From Nitrospirota bacterium (GTDB taxonomy: Bacteria; Nitrospirota; UBA9217): a stretch of DNA of 64,000 nt. Made by a program: the position numbers and the translations under genes. The notes below the pieces were generated by a model. The model did no database searches. It was given only the letters and a program-made list of their open reading frames with translations, and was not told the origin of the DNA. The stretch lies in assembly GCA_963840455.1 (NCBI GenBank), contig CAWIYV010000010.1, positions 96,001-160,000 on the forward strand. Direction: 5' to 3'. This document shows, piece by piece, positions 63,699 to 64,000 of this stretch (its first letter is position 1; every line of letters starts with the position of its first letter).

Positions 63699-64000
63699 GG
63701 TGCCATCTCCTTTTCTCCGGCCGTTGTACCGAGCGGGTCATCGCCGATGTCGGGATGGTCCCGCCAGGTCCGGAGGCCGATCGTCCTCCTGAACATCCAG
63801 ACAAGGAAGCCCAGGACGATATGCAGCCAGAAATCGATGAAGCGGTTCACGACGGTCAGGGAAACGGCGAGCGGCGAAGCGACGCCGACGAGCCGCAATG
63901 AGCCGAAGAGGGTCAATTCCACGGCGCCGGCCCCTGAAGGCGTAAAGGGAAAGACGGTGGCGATCACGGGGATCGTCATGAGGAACACCGCCTCCCCTGC
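63695..64000 (-). CDS. Lysylphosphatidylglycerol synthase/flippase-like TM protein, partial
   Basis: PFTPSGAGAVE and R.IDFW motifs; runs off the right edge. Confidence 0.75.
   Translation of the reverse strand, partial: AGEAVFLMTIPVIATVFPFTPSGAGAVELTLFGSLRLVGVASPLAVSLTVVNRFIDFWLHIVLGFLVWMFRRTIGLRTWRDHPDIGDDPLGTTAGEKEMAP

Overview
GC-rich bacterial chromosomal window, probably from a Nitrospirota or delta-proteobacteria-like anaerobe (inferred from gene content only). Left part (1-21.6 kb): redox and stress genes, including a selenocysteine-type msrA with msrB, an aldo/keto reductase, a thioredoxin, a DsrC/TusE-like protein and a cytochrome c; an NHEJ cluster with two Ku genes and a split LigD; and an L,D-transpeptidase-MurC fusion. 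Right part (45.7-64 kb): CIRCE-controlled groES-groEL, the tkt-ftsEX-envC-ctpA operon, tRNA-Leu(CAA) with a small decayed island, and aminotransferase / radical SAM genes. The most unusual feature is the ~24 kb directly downstream of groEL (about 21.7-45.7 kb). It holds ten co-oriented copies of the groEL terminator hairpin. Three orphan copies of the groEL 3' coding tail each lie exactly 30 nt from a hairpin, the same spacing as in groEL itself. The region also has REP-like junction motifs, four mosaic copies of one small membrane gene, gene fragments and unrelated cargo genes. This looks like a cassette array built by serial accretion at the groEL 3' end, with no integrase nearby. A ~112-bp IS200/IS605-like non-autonomous element occurs at six loci, some as head-to-tail multimers.
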